Below the pieces are notes generated by a model. It saw only the letters and a list, made by a program, of their open reading frames with translations. It was not told the DNA's origin and searched no databases. The position numbers and the translations under genes are program-made. Below are positions 13,392 through 25,200 of a DNA stretch of 64,000 nucleotides, piece by piece. This DNA is from Podarcis filfolensis. Taxonomy: Eukaryota. Where the stretch lies: assembly GCA_964270895.1 (NCBI GenBank), contig OZ185437.1; one strand, 5' to 3'. The first letter of the stretch is position 1. Every line of letters starts with the position of its first letter.

Positions 13392-13486
13392 CCTGTAGCC
13401 AGTGCCTGATTTGGATACTGCTGGCACCAGGCCTGCCTTGACTGTTGCAGCTATGCACCCTTAAATTATTTTCGCATACTAGTATG

Positions 13487-13621
13487 CAGGGATTTTTTTC
13501 ATCCAGAACTCTCCAGAACTCAGTTCTGGCACCTCTCAGGTGGGCACCATTGTCATTATAAAAGAACAAGGGAAGCATTCATGGTGAGTTCTGGAAACTC
13601 TTTTTCTAGAAAATAACACTG
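13487..13621 (-). mobile_element. Short non-autonomous DNA element, copy 1
   Basis: Reverse complement of 28179-28316 (shared GAGAGGTGCC-GAACT and CTAGAAAAAGAG motifs). CAG...CTG ends. Confidence 0.7.
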
Positions 13622-16600
13622 TGACATTAAATGTGACATTTAATTCTCAGAAACTTACCTTCTGAACAACATGAAAAAATTACCCCCAAAATGGATAAAT
13701 ATACGTGAAAGGTGCCACTATTTCTCTTGTTTCTTAACTGGACAGTGATCACAGGATTTAAGGGGCAGACTCTGTTACAAAACTGGTAGACAATGTCCCT
13801 CTTATATGAACCTTCCAAATTTTCAAACCAAGGATGGCCTCTCAACTATAATTCTCTTCACAGCTGAAAGATGATGCTATGCAAGTATCTTCCTATTTCT
13901 ATCAAAATTACTTCTTTCGGTTGTCTCTAGCAGGCTTGCCGTATTCATCAAATGGGAGAAATTCCACTCTACTTTTTCAGAGATTGTTGGAACAAAGAAG
14001 CAACAACCTTACATTTACAGCACTGCAAACTGATCATCTCGAAAGGCCCCAAACAGCACAATCCTATATGTGCCTATTCGAAAGCAAGTCCTACTGAGTT
14101 CGGTGGGCTTAGCCCTAGATTAATGTGTGTAGGATTGCAGTCTCAGAAGCTGCTTTGTGGACTGAAATCATTTTATTTTCTGTGAAAAGAAGGTCAGTCT
14201 CTTATTCCAATTCTTTGCCTGCAAAGAATTCCCATTCTCTCATTTCACTGCCACAAATCCTTGCTGATTCCAGTGTGATTTTTGTGGGCAGATATTGCTG
14301 TTGGTAAAAAAACAGACTTGAAAGGAAAAAGGTAAGTCAGAATTCCGGTGATTCGCTATCATCTGAATGCTTGTATACATCAGTTTGTTTCCAAGCGGTA
14401 TAAATCTAAACAGTCATTATCTGCAGTGTCCGTCTCTATCAGAACAGACCCTTGATCCACTTAACAGAAACCATATTTGTAACTTGTTAGAGACATGAAC
14501 CAACACTACCCATCAGTAACACAGCTGATGGTGAACAATAAAAGATGCAGGATGAATAAAGCAGAAACAATTTGAGAATGGATTGCCTTGGGCATAAATG
14601 CCAAATGTAGTTCTGTTGGGGTAACATTTTAGTTTGTGAAATTCTCCTAGGGTCAGATTTTGACACAAAGGGATCTCTCTTCATGAGAGAAGGAACTACT
14701 AATGAGCATTGGTTCATTCTGGGTGACCTAACTTTCAACAAAAAAGAGAGAAAATGCTGTTTGGGATTTATTTATCACAAGTATGGGGAAATGACAGAGG
14801 ATCATGAGACAATGGTTTTGGTTGACTGAAAAAAATATAGATACCCTGCTGAGTACAGTAAAGGAACAAAACAAAATAAACAACCCCTAGTGTTGCAGGA
14901 CCCAACAGATGACTGTCTTTAGGGCCAGGTTAGGATGCTGTCCATGTGCTGACTCGGCTGGTGTTTTTAGTTGCCCTGCACAGTTCCCGTGCAATGGAGG
15001 TCAATTTCAAAAATGGCAGAATGGAAGGAAGGGAAAAGTGGTAGCATGAGTCACTCAGATGAGTGAGCAAGTCTAGCTACTCTAGGTGCATTTATAGGCC
15101 TGATCATACATCATTGTAAGCCAAGAGCAAACCTTGGCTACAGCTTGCAACTAAGGAAGAGAAAGCTTAACCATGATCCTGCATCCGGACAAAATGCTTA
15201 GCTGCTGAATGAAGCTAAAAGGACTAGGATGCAGCAAAATGGGTGTGGTCTCCTTCCCAGGAGCCCACTCATCTGCACTAAGCGATGGGTTGGTTTAGCG
15301 TTGTGTGCAAATGTGGCCTTAGAAGTCAGGGTGTGAACAGAAGCAACTATCAGGGAGATTCATGCTAGAGTTTTGGAAGAAGCACAGTGGAAGTGAATTT
15401 GTGGCATTTTTTTAGGTTGCTTGGTTTCTTTAACTGAGATATGTATGACTATTGCTTGGTTGGCTGTTTCATTGCTGTGTGCTCTGGTCCTAGTGGAAGG
15501 GGCTCTGACTGCTTGAGCTAGCTGGGACTGGGGCCAGCAGCTAAGCAGCTAGGAAGCTTGTGATCCCAAATGACAATGAAGATGAATTGTGTGGTCAGGG
15601 TTTAATAGTACATAAAGCATAACTACTTTCTGACCTTAAGGAAGACTGGCCCCAGAATATCAGCAATTCATAATATTTGCTGTGCAAACAAAAATCCACA
15701 CACAAAGACATGTGACCAGATTTCTACACAAAGGATATAATATAAATCAACAAGCAACCCAGATTTCTTATTTACTGACACACAGTTGGGCATCTACCCT
15801 GACATTCCTCAGCTAGGAAAGTAAGTGCATTGATCCATGGTATGTACATGTTTCCTTTGACCCATGAGGGAGGCATGGCAGATGTGTTGTGAACCTTGCT
15901 GATAAATGTACAGGATACCTTTGTGACTACTGTAGACAGTTTGATCTTGTGCACTTTACCCCCATCTGCAATTTGTTGTACTCAGCAATAACCTCCACTG
16001 ACTGATGCCTCCATGTGCAGCACATCAAATAGTTCCACATTATTCCACAAGGTTGCACACACCATTTGCAATATCCCTGTACATTTGTTAGATCTGGACC
16101 ATTTCATTTGCCACTTCTTTTGCAATCCCATCTTGCATAATTGTATGATTTTCAGGGACACAGTCCTCAATTTTGGCATTATTTCAAATGTGCCATGCTA
16201 GCTTATTAGACATTTCACCACTACACCATTTCATTTCCATTTTGCAGGTATCTATATATTATGACTGAGTGATTTCAGTCCTCTTGTGAGGTTTGAATCT
16301 TGTAAGGGATAGCACAGAGCTTAGGTTGGGGTGGCTATGATATGTTCTTTATAAATCAAATCAAGTAAGTAGATATAGTATTTGAATTTTTTTTTGCAGT
16401 CAGAGACATTTCCCATCAGCGTGCACTGAAGTGGGAAGAACAAACAAATTGTTATAGCCTGAGTCTGTGATTTCGCATCCCTCCACTATTAATTTCACAT
16501 GAACCTGCTCATGCCTCAGTAAGCAGCAAAACAATCCATTATTCTAAAATGTGGCTGTTTGGACTTTGGTTAAACTCATGAATGATGTTTTGCGATCTTT

Positions 16601-16993
16601 CTCATCTGACCTGAAATTTCTTAAATTTCAGAATCCTTGAACCCAGCATAGTCCAGTCTGACAGTCGGAGTTTGTCTTTTCTCTCCTTGGAAGAATAAAA
16701 TATACTGAAAGCTACTCCAACATCTCTCAATAATTTTATCTAATTTCTCTAAGAATATGAAGAGTGCTGGCAGCTGTCCTACACCCCACCCTCCAAAAGC
16801 GAAATTCCACTAATAGGTTAAGTGTTGGACAGACTAATTTGCAAATGAAAAGTCATGAGGTAGAGTTGGAGTTCTGTAAGCTTTAACAAACATTACTGAA
16901 GTTTTATGTTCTCTTTAGCCATACCTAGAGATGTGTCTGGGCTGACTTAATACCACAACGTACAATTTCAGTCAACTACTTAAGTATTTCTTG

Positions 16994-17347
16994 GGTAAAA
17001 AGGTAAAGAGACCCCTGACCATTAGGTCCAATCGTGGCCGACTCTGGGCTTGCGGTGCTCATCTCGCTTTACTGGCCGAGGGAGCCGGCGTACAGCTTCC
17101 GGGTCATGTGGCCAGTAGGACTAAGCTGCTTCTGGCGAACCAGAGCAGTGCACGGAAACGATGTTTACCTTCCCGCTGGAGCGGTACCTATTTATCTACT
17201 TGCACTGTGTTGCTTTCAAACTGCTAGGTTGGCAGGAGCAGGGACCAAGCAATGGGAGTTCACCCCATCACGGGGATTTGAACCGCCAACCTTCTGATCA
17301 GCAAGTCCTAGGCTCTGTGGTTTAACCCACAGTGCCACCTGCGCCCC
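16994..17347 (-). mobile_element. Sauria SINE (full length)
   Basis: GGTAAAAAGGTAAAG tail at left, GGTACCTATTTATCTACTTGCAC core, and GGATTTGAACCGCCAACC...GTGGTTTAACCCACAGTGCCACC head at right. Confidence 0.92.
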
Positions 17348-17540
17348 TTACAGTAATCATAACATCCCTGAGCCTGTTCTTACAAAACATTTTGAAGTCA
17401 GGTAGAAACACCCAAGTACAGAAAGAGATGAGCTATGTATCAAATATGAAAGGTAAAGGTCATTTCCCTACCACTGTTCCAGTGCATAAACACACATCAG
17501 AAGGAATCTGATCTGTATTAAGGAAGACCTGTTCCATGTA

Positions 17541-17782
17541 CAGTGGTACCTCAGGTTACATACGCTTCAGGTTACATACACTTCAGGTTACACACTCCGC
17601 TAACCCAGAAATAGTGCTTCAGGTTAAGAACTTTCCTTCAGGATAAGAACAGAAATCGGGCTTCAGCAGCGTGGCAGCAGTAGGAGGCCCCATTAGCTAA
17701 AGTGGTGCTTCAGGTTAAGAACAGTTTCAGGTTAAGAACGGACTTCCGGAACAAATTAAGTACTTAACCCAAGGTAGCACTG
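17541..17782 (+). mobile_element. Tc1/mariner (Tigger-like) MITE
   Basis: TA|CAGTGGTACCTC...GGTAGCACTG|TA with internal CTTCAGGTTA repeats. Same family as 59952-60177 and 37739-37898. Confidence 0.88.
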
Positions 17783-19174
17783 TATTTATACTTGGATACA
17801 AAGCTTCATAAAAAGCAGCTAACTGGACTACTACTATACACTTATGTGCAGAAAACATGGCAGAAGATACCTGGAGTTCATTCAGTATATGTATAGAGCA
17901 ACCCTTTACACATTTACTAAAAAATTGAGTCCCACTGCATTCAATAGGGCTTTCTTTCAGGTAGGTATGAATAGGGTTGCAGCAACAGAAACAGAATGAT
18001 TTTACTTGCTTTGTCTCTTATCACAAAAAATGTATTTTAATAATTATATCCCCTCAGACTGACAGGGCACTAAAAGTATCTTTCTGGTAATCATTTCCTT
18101 TCAATACTTGGATCCTCTTATGATCACTCTGTTGTGACACAAAAAATAATAACGTTGGTTTAGCTAGTATAACCTGTTGTAGCCATCATGTTATATAGCT
18201 GCAAAATTAAACTTTTCCCCCACAGCTTGGGCCTAAAGAGATCTTATCTGACAAGACTGGCTATTACAAAGAAAAAAAGGGAGAACATTTTCTTTCTTTT
18301 TTTACCATAACCTATTACAGAGATAAAAAATGGTACAATCCAGATACAGATATATAAGTAGTTATTTTATTATGAGACTTCTTGCACGATAAGAGTTGAC
18401 AAAGCAACATTTATGATGTGCACTAATAAATGGGCAGCTTTCTATTTGCAGCAGTACATTTTTGGTGAAAACTTTATCTTCTAATATAATCTGCTGCTTT
18501 TCTAAAACTACCTTTTAATTTTGTATATTTTTTAGGCAGTATTTTATTTTCTAGGCTGGTGACCAAATATAACCCAGCATGCATCCCTCCCTCTCCTCCT
18601 TTAGACCTATTCCTATTCTTGCATTCATTTTGTCTCCTATACAGTTGCAGTTATGGACATCTTTTCAGCCAATCAGCATGTGTTATTTAATACCCCGAAG
18701 TAACAGGGCAGGGCTTTCCAGTTCCTGGGAGCCAGTGGGAACATTCAGAATTTTGTGCTGTGGGTGCCATAAAATGGTTGTCATGAAGTGTGGCACAGCA
18801 CGAACTGCTGCTATGGGATATGTGGCAAAGCATAACATGGGTGCTGTGGGTATGTGGCATAACACAACATGGCTGCTACATCTAAAAGAGCAGAATAATT
18901 AACAGGCCCACAAAATGGTGCAGGCATAGCTCTCCCATCAATGGAAAAAAGCACCTACTGCCCTGCTTGCGCACAGAGAGCTCTTTGCACCTCTCCTGTG
19001 TTCAGAATGGAAGGGGTGGTGAGTGTATCATTTCTGCCACCCAATGAAATTTAGCCACGGGTTGTTTTCAATGTAGATACATTGTTATACACACTCTCCC
19101 CTAATTTGCACACATTATTTCAGCAGAACACTGCATCACAAAATTTGGAGCAGTGTGAATCTCAGCTGCGTTTT

Positions 19175-19278
19175 TTTTTAAAATAATTTTTATTAACTGG
19201 CCAATCACATCAAATTAAATCACATCACATAAATTCCGAATTACAAAGCCAAATTTTGAATTTTGTTGGGGGGACCAC
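19175..19278 (-). mobile_element. 104-bp L1-type retroposed insertion (polyA signal + A tail) with 16-bp TSD
   Basis: ATCTCAGCTGCGTTTT at 19159-19174 and 19279-19294. The insert read on the minus strand ends TTAATAAAAATTATTTTAAAAA(A)n. Confidence 0.85.
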
Positions 19279-19330
19279 ATCTCAGCTGCGTTTTGGTTCT
19301 TTAGGACAGTGCGAATTAGGCAGGTTCACA

Positions 19331-19445
19331 TAGGGTTGCCATACGTCCAGAATTTTGTCAAAAATGTATGGCAGTCCCCCCCCCCCCAAATTTTGCTCAA
19401 CATCTTTTGTGTCTTGATTTCCACTTTTTAAATATGGTAACCCTA
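19331..19445. mobile_element. hAT-type MITE, same TIR type as 57-139
   Basis: TIRs TAGGGTTGCCATA...TATGGTAACCCTA. 8-bp TSD GGTTCACA (19323-19330) / GATTCACA (19446-19453), 7/8 identical. Confidence 0.85.
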
Positions 19446-20887
19446 GATTCACATTAAAACTAAATTTGAATCTAGTTTCTCCCCATCCCTAGTTATGACT
19501 GACACTGTGGAAGAACAAAGCAGGGTTGCTGGGTGGATTGTTTGGCTTGGTATGCTGTTTGGATCAAGACCACCCTTTGGCCACCTGAGGAATCACTAGC
19601 CTTGTGACAACCATTTGGCTTCCCCAAAGGCCTGCGTATGCCAGATGTACTCTCTGCCTGCAGCTCTGAAATTAGGTGTACGTGTCTGACAAGAAAAGGC
19701 ATTTTTTAAGAGGTGCTAAGAAAGATTTCCACCAAACAACTCAAAACCTAAGATACCTTAGATGCTTAAGATACTGCTTATAGCTATTGCTTGTAAATTA
19801 GCATGAGATTATAAAAGCCTATTACTGGGCATGTAGAGGGGCAGTATTTTTTCAGCAGCATCAAGCTATCCAATAGAGAGAATGCATGAGAGCCACAGAT
19901 GCTATAAAGCAGCAGCCCACAGAACACACAAACCTATTATTAAAGCACACATTTCTCAAAACATGGTTATTTTATACTGCAGAAAAGTAAACAAGGCTGA
20001 ATTGGCTGAATTTTCTGAGCTTTTATACATCATCACTATGATATTAGAAGCCAGAAAATTGTGGGGAGTGTGTGTGTGGCTGTTATTCAGAGATTATCAC
20101 ACAGCACTAAAATAAAAGCACTGAATACGCTCATCTTGTCCTTCCTTTGAAAAGCTTTCAGGAAAAATAATCACAACAAAAATAAATACATCAATTTTGT
20201 ATCACAGGTACAACATGTGGAAGATCCTAATTTGACACAGACCAAATCACAGCACAACAGGTAAGTAACTCGTTGCATTACTTGAAAATACTTGGGACTG
20301 TAGTAGTACAGAGAACACACAGGAAATGCTCCCTCAGTCCTTGTCCACATAAGCAAACTTTCAACAAAAGAAAAGAAAACATGTCCATACCTTACAAAGA
20401 TAGTACTTCACTTTACTTTATGAAGTAAAAGCCACAAGGGAACAATGGCAAACAGAGGGGTCAGCAGCCTGAAGGAATATGGTCTGACAGATCCAGTTGC
20501 TGTTCGTAATATTTGCATTTTGCAAAAAAGGAGGACGAAGTCCCTGTTTTTGGTAGCATTTTGGAAATTAAATATCAACACTATAATTTTTATTAACTAG
20601 AAAGCATCCAGTGTGAAACTAGTAGCCAGCATGGAACTACCTGACTATACTAGCATCCCATCACTTTGGTATTTGGAGGTGACTGCATTGGGAGGAAATG
20701 AGCATCAGAAGTGTCTCACAGTTGTCCAGCAGTTGGTATTGTTAGGTAACTCTTATAACTCTGGCTGGAGTCACTGTAAACCAGTGGGAAGCAATGTGAT
20801 CCTCAGTCTAATTTTGTGAGACAGCTTGAGCCTAAATTTAAAAGTCTGGTAAGAGCAATTTTTTCCTTTCCTGGTAGTCCACTGGAT

Positions 20888-20963
20888 AAGAAAGGAAGAG
20901 AGAGCGAGATAGAAGAGGAAGGGAGGAAAGGAGGGAGGGAGGGAGGGAAGGAAGGAGGCAAAA
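20888..20963. repeat. Polypurine tract with (GGGA)n/(GGAA)n
   Basis: Direct read. Contains GGGAGGGAGGGAGGG. Confidence 0.9.
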
Positions 20964-22794
20964 AGGTGGCAGTTTTGGCTCTGGCCCTACCCATCACTAG
21001 CCTTGTCTCAACCAATAGTTACCATCTGAGCCTTGAGAGATCACTCTCAATGGAATGTGGTCCTCACAGAAAAAAGATTGCCCATCCTTGCTGTTTGCCC
21101 TGACGCCATGTCAAACATAGTTGCCCTGTTTTAAATGAAAAGTGGCTGTTACAGAGAAGGGTTGTTCTGATTGCTAAAAAGTGGCTCTCTCTGTGATGTC
21201 AACAGATACCTCTGGGTTAAGATATGAGCTGAACAGAATGTATGACCCATAGCTCCCAAGTAGCCATATCAACCTAGAATCAATTCAAATGTTTAAAATA
21301 GAGCATGTGAATCTCCTGGGTCTGTACCACAGATTGAAGCTACATGTTTTAATACATTCCCACACCCTGCCCCAAGTAAACTTGCTTTCACATAAAACAG
21401 CACCTGTGCCAGTTGTCACATGTAAAAACCTGAAGCTTGGCTTGTTTGAAAATTCCCTTTATGGCTATTTGGGGTGGTATCGGAAGCAGTGAAAGGATGT
21501 TGCTCTTGAATAAAATCCATTTCAATATGTACTTCGGTGTACAAGTCACATAACGAAACAACTTAGACACTGACCTTTAAGGTAACTGTGTACGGAACAT
21601 CTTCATACACAGAACATAACAAAACACATTTCAGGTTTTTTATACTATCAATGAACCACAAGGATTTCATCTTTGTGAGACTGACTCAGCACAGGAATTT
21701 TCCCAAGACAGACATACAAATGTGTTGTACAAGCTTACTGCTGTGAGATTACAAACAAGTGAACCTCAGGAGGTTTTTGCAAACTTTAAGAGACTAACTG
21801 TGGTTTACAAAAGTAGGCTGCAATTCACTCTTTACTGTGCTTTGCACCAATATAGTCCTCCAAGGGCTATTCAATTTTTCAAAATGTTGTTGAAGGGCCT
21901 TCTGATCATTTGTCTCCAAGAGCTAAATCAAAACTCCCCACTGGCATCCTTATGCATTCATCCAATTGTTTCCTTAACATAAAAAACAACAAAAAGAGCT
22001 ATGTGTTTAATGTGATATGTTCTCTCACTTTTGGGTATATTGGTTTTCTCACTGGCACTCCTGTAGCTGGGAAAAAATCTCCTGAACAGACCATGAATAG
22101 GAAACACTGCCGACTTACAAAATTAAATGAGAGGATTGGATTATGTCACTTTCTCATTTAAATTACGGGAAGAAATCCGCACTATGGAGGTGGTGAATGC
22201 AATTCTAGGGGTTAGCCTGCAAACAAACATGCTTTCAAATGTGGCTGCTGGAGGTCTTCATTTGAACTTGCCATGGCCTATCCTGAACTGTAAACAGCGT
22301 TGTTCAACCTCTTTTAATTTACAGCATCAGTAGGAAGTTTGGACTAGTAGTGGCAATTCTTCCCTGTGAGGGTGGTGGGCCCATTCGGGTAGCCTGCCCT
22401 CAGAGACTGATGGAGCCTGACATGCTGCTTTCTTCACCTTGAGTGACAGTGCTGTGTATCCAAAGTGGACTAGTTAAGTAACGCTGTAAGATCATTGCCC
22501 CATGAGATTCCTGATTGGATCAGGCAGCGGGGGAGAGAAAATGGCATGTTAAAAGCAGTTGAAGGACAGTGGAAGTGGCTATAAACAGCCATGAGAAACT
22601 GTAAAAGGCTTTCCCCCCCAGGGGGTGAAACCTTTTCATCTTAAAAAATAAATAATGGGTAAAAATATGGCATGACCCTAGGACCAATGTTAACATGCTT
22701 ATACTCTGCCCATGGTAGTCTCTGCTGGCAGATTTAAAACAACTGAAGATCTGTCTCATAACTGCTCTTGTGGCATAGGAAGAAAGACATTTTT

Positions 22795-22951
22795 AAGAAG
22801 CTGCCTTATACAGAGTCAGATCAACAATCTTTCTAGTTAGATAATGCCTATAGAGACTGGCAGCAACTCTCTAGGGTTTCAGACAGGGAATCTTTCCCAA
22901 TCATACCTGGAGATGCTGAGGACTGAATCTGGGACCATCTACATTTCAAGC
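22795..22951 (-). mobile_element. Squam3-like SINE
   Basis: Reverse complement of the same consensus (AAGCTGCCTTATACAGAGTCAGA...CTCTCTAGGGTTTCAGACAGGG...ACCTGGAGATGC). Confidence 0.7.
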
Positions 22952-24224
22952 TGAAAGTAAGTTGGATCAGTCCCATTCAATAATCTGACTGCCTTGGTGT
23001 TTTTTCTGTCCAAATACTAACATGACTGACACTTGTCCATAGATACCAGAAAAGGTTAAAAACCTCTGAAAATGCTGTAAGCTGTAAGAAGCTTTGCTGC
23101 TTGAAGCCAAGTGTCTGGTTTTCACATTCGTATTCCTTACTAATTGTTTTTGATATAAAACAACAGCAGGGATCCTTTCAGCCAGAATGTTGCTTGTCAT
23201 TTATGCTAGACAGTACAGCTTCTGTCTCTTCATTTCTTTGAAAGCTTAAAGGCAGCCGAGGGAAGAATTTGCTTACTTCTTACTCTCACAAGCACCAAGC
23301 TAGAGCAGATAAGGCTAAAATATTTCACGGAGAGACCATGGAAGCGGTGCCTTATTTTTGACATTTAATTCATTGAAAAAATATGGATTAATGATCACAA
23401 AGCATCTTAACCAAAGGTACAGAACATAGGGATGAGCAGCTGTTTGGATGTCTTCCTTGGCTGCAAATCCTACCTTCTGCAGCCGTGCTTGATGCCCATA
23501 GATGATCTCTTGCCTGTCTCTGAGTATGGAGTTGGAATGGAACGGTGCCATATGAACACATGCGCTGTCTAAATTACTTGGCACCTCACCCCAAACAAAA
23601 CTATCCAAGTGACCATAGATTTAGACAGGCAGCATATATAAAATTGAAAATGTTGGCTTCTCAGTAGAAAACTTGGTCCTTTGTGGCAAGGATGAAAAAT
23701 TGACTTTGTGGGCATTGCTGAGTGTGTTTGCACCTGTTGGCATTTAGACAGTAAATTTCTGTGCAGTTTCAGAATGATGGGCAAAACAGGTTTCATCTCA
23801 CCACAACCTTCTGTAGCATGTTGCATGTGTAGATCTTGAGGGTAATTTTTAACATGTAAACAAACAAATGCCATTCTTAGAGCGGATTTACACATTTAGC
23901 GTTGACTGATCAGACACATGGAATAAAGTCCCACTTGCACTAGCTTCTGAAAACAAAGAATAGACTGACTTTCCTGCACTGTGAATGTTCCAGTATGTTT
24001 TTTTGGTCCCACTTTGTTGTGCTGTGGTGCAAGAGTGCCCCTCCAAATTGGAGAAGCATTGCAGAACAACTAATAAAGCCAAACTGTGTGTGGATGGTCC
24101 AGTATAAATCTGTCACTAATGCACCACTATTGAATCAATTACATGTTGCAGAATCCACTGGCAAAAAAACCACCACTCAGGAGGGACTCAGGTCATGCTT
24201 GTGAATTTCCCATAGGCCACTAAG

Positions 24225-24292
24225 AAAACAGGAAGCTAAACTACATAAGACCTCTGGCCTGATCCAGCAGGGCTCTTCTTATGTTCTTGTTC
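24225..24292 (+). mobile_element. CR1 3' end relic
   Basis: GGCCTGATCCAGCAGGGCTCTTCTTATGTTCTT is a squamate CR1-type 3' end with an 8-nt repeat tail. Related relics at ~26670-26745 (+) and ~10884-10960 (-). Confidence 0.55.
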
Positions 24293-24994
24293 TTTGGTTT
24301 GCTACAACCCTTTGGGTTCTGATGGATTATCCTTCCTTTAGAGGCCAGAATAGGCAAAGAGGAACCTGATTACATGTGTTTCGTCCCTCGCTAGAGGATA
24401 ACGTATGACTAATCCCCAGACCTCATTTTGAATCAGGAAGGAGGGTGGCAGACTCCTTGTTTTCTCTCACCAGCCTTATTAAGTGTTCAGAAAACAAGAG
24501 TGTTTCCCACTTAACCTAGGACCTTGCAAACCTTTTAAGGAGATGATCTGAGAGCAGCATGTCTTCATTCACATGCACAACACCTCAGTCACAGCCTACA
24601 TCAACTAGCGGAGAACAATAACACCCTTGTCCTTGCATCAGAAGACTGCGCAGAAGAGAATATGGTTCATTATTCAAGTAGGGGACCAAAGGCTAAAGAA
24701 TTGCCTTCTGACATCATGAGAAAAATGACATTGCTTCTACAGCAGGAAGGAGAGAAGAGAAAGAGCCCATGTGTCACAAAGGATTAAATGCAAGGGATTA
24801 AAAGCAACCTTTGACCAAGGTTCTTATTCCAACTCAACCATCAACCTAGCACTCATGCCCAAACACGCACATGGAAACAACAGCCTGTGTACACATCAAA
24901 GCCCTAGCACTTGACACAGACACAAAGTCACATCAGAACTCAGTAGGCAAGTTCAGTTTTACATTTCCAAGTTGGCGGACTTTTTTAATGACAC

Positions 24995-25200
24995 ATTTAT
25001 TTGTTTCTATCCTGCCTTGCCTCCAAGGAGATCAAAGCAACATGTCTTCCCTTCCCCAGTTTTATCATCACAGCAATCTTATGAGATAGGTTAAGCTAAG
25101 ACGCAGTGACTGGCTCAAAGTCACCCAGAGAGCTTTTTGGCTGACTGAGGGTTTGAACCTGTCCCTTCTCAATCCTAGACCAACACTCTAGCCATACTAC
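24995..25200 (-). mobile_element. MIR/Squam2-like CORE-type SINE relic
   Basis: CCCCAGTTTTA...GACTGGCTCAAAGTCACCCAG...GGTTTGAACC...CCAACACTCTAGCCA. Similar relic at ~47405-47532. Confidence 0.55.

Larger units (their letters stand above)
19085..19492. repeat. Older lacertid interspersed repeat hosting two younger insertions
   Basis: CTAATTTGCACAC...GTGCGAATTAGGCAGGTTCACAT...CCCCATCCCTAG. Related AT-rich copy at ~56150-56560. Confidence 0.4.
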
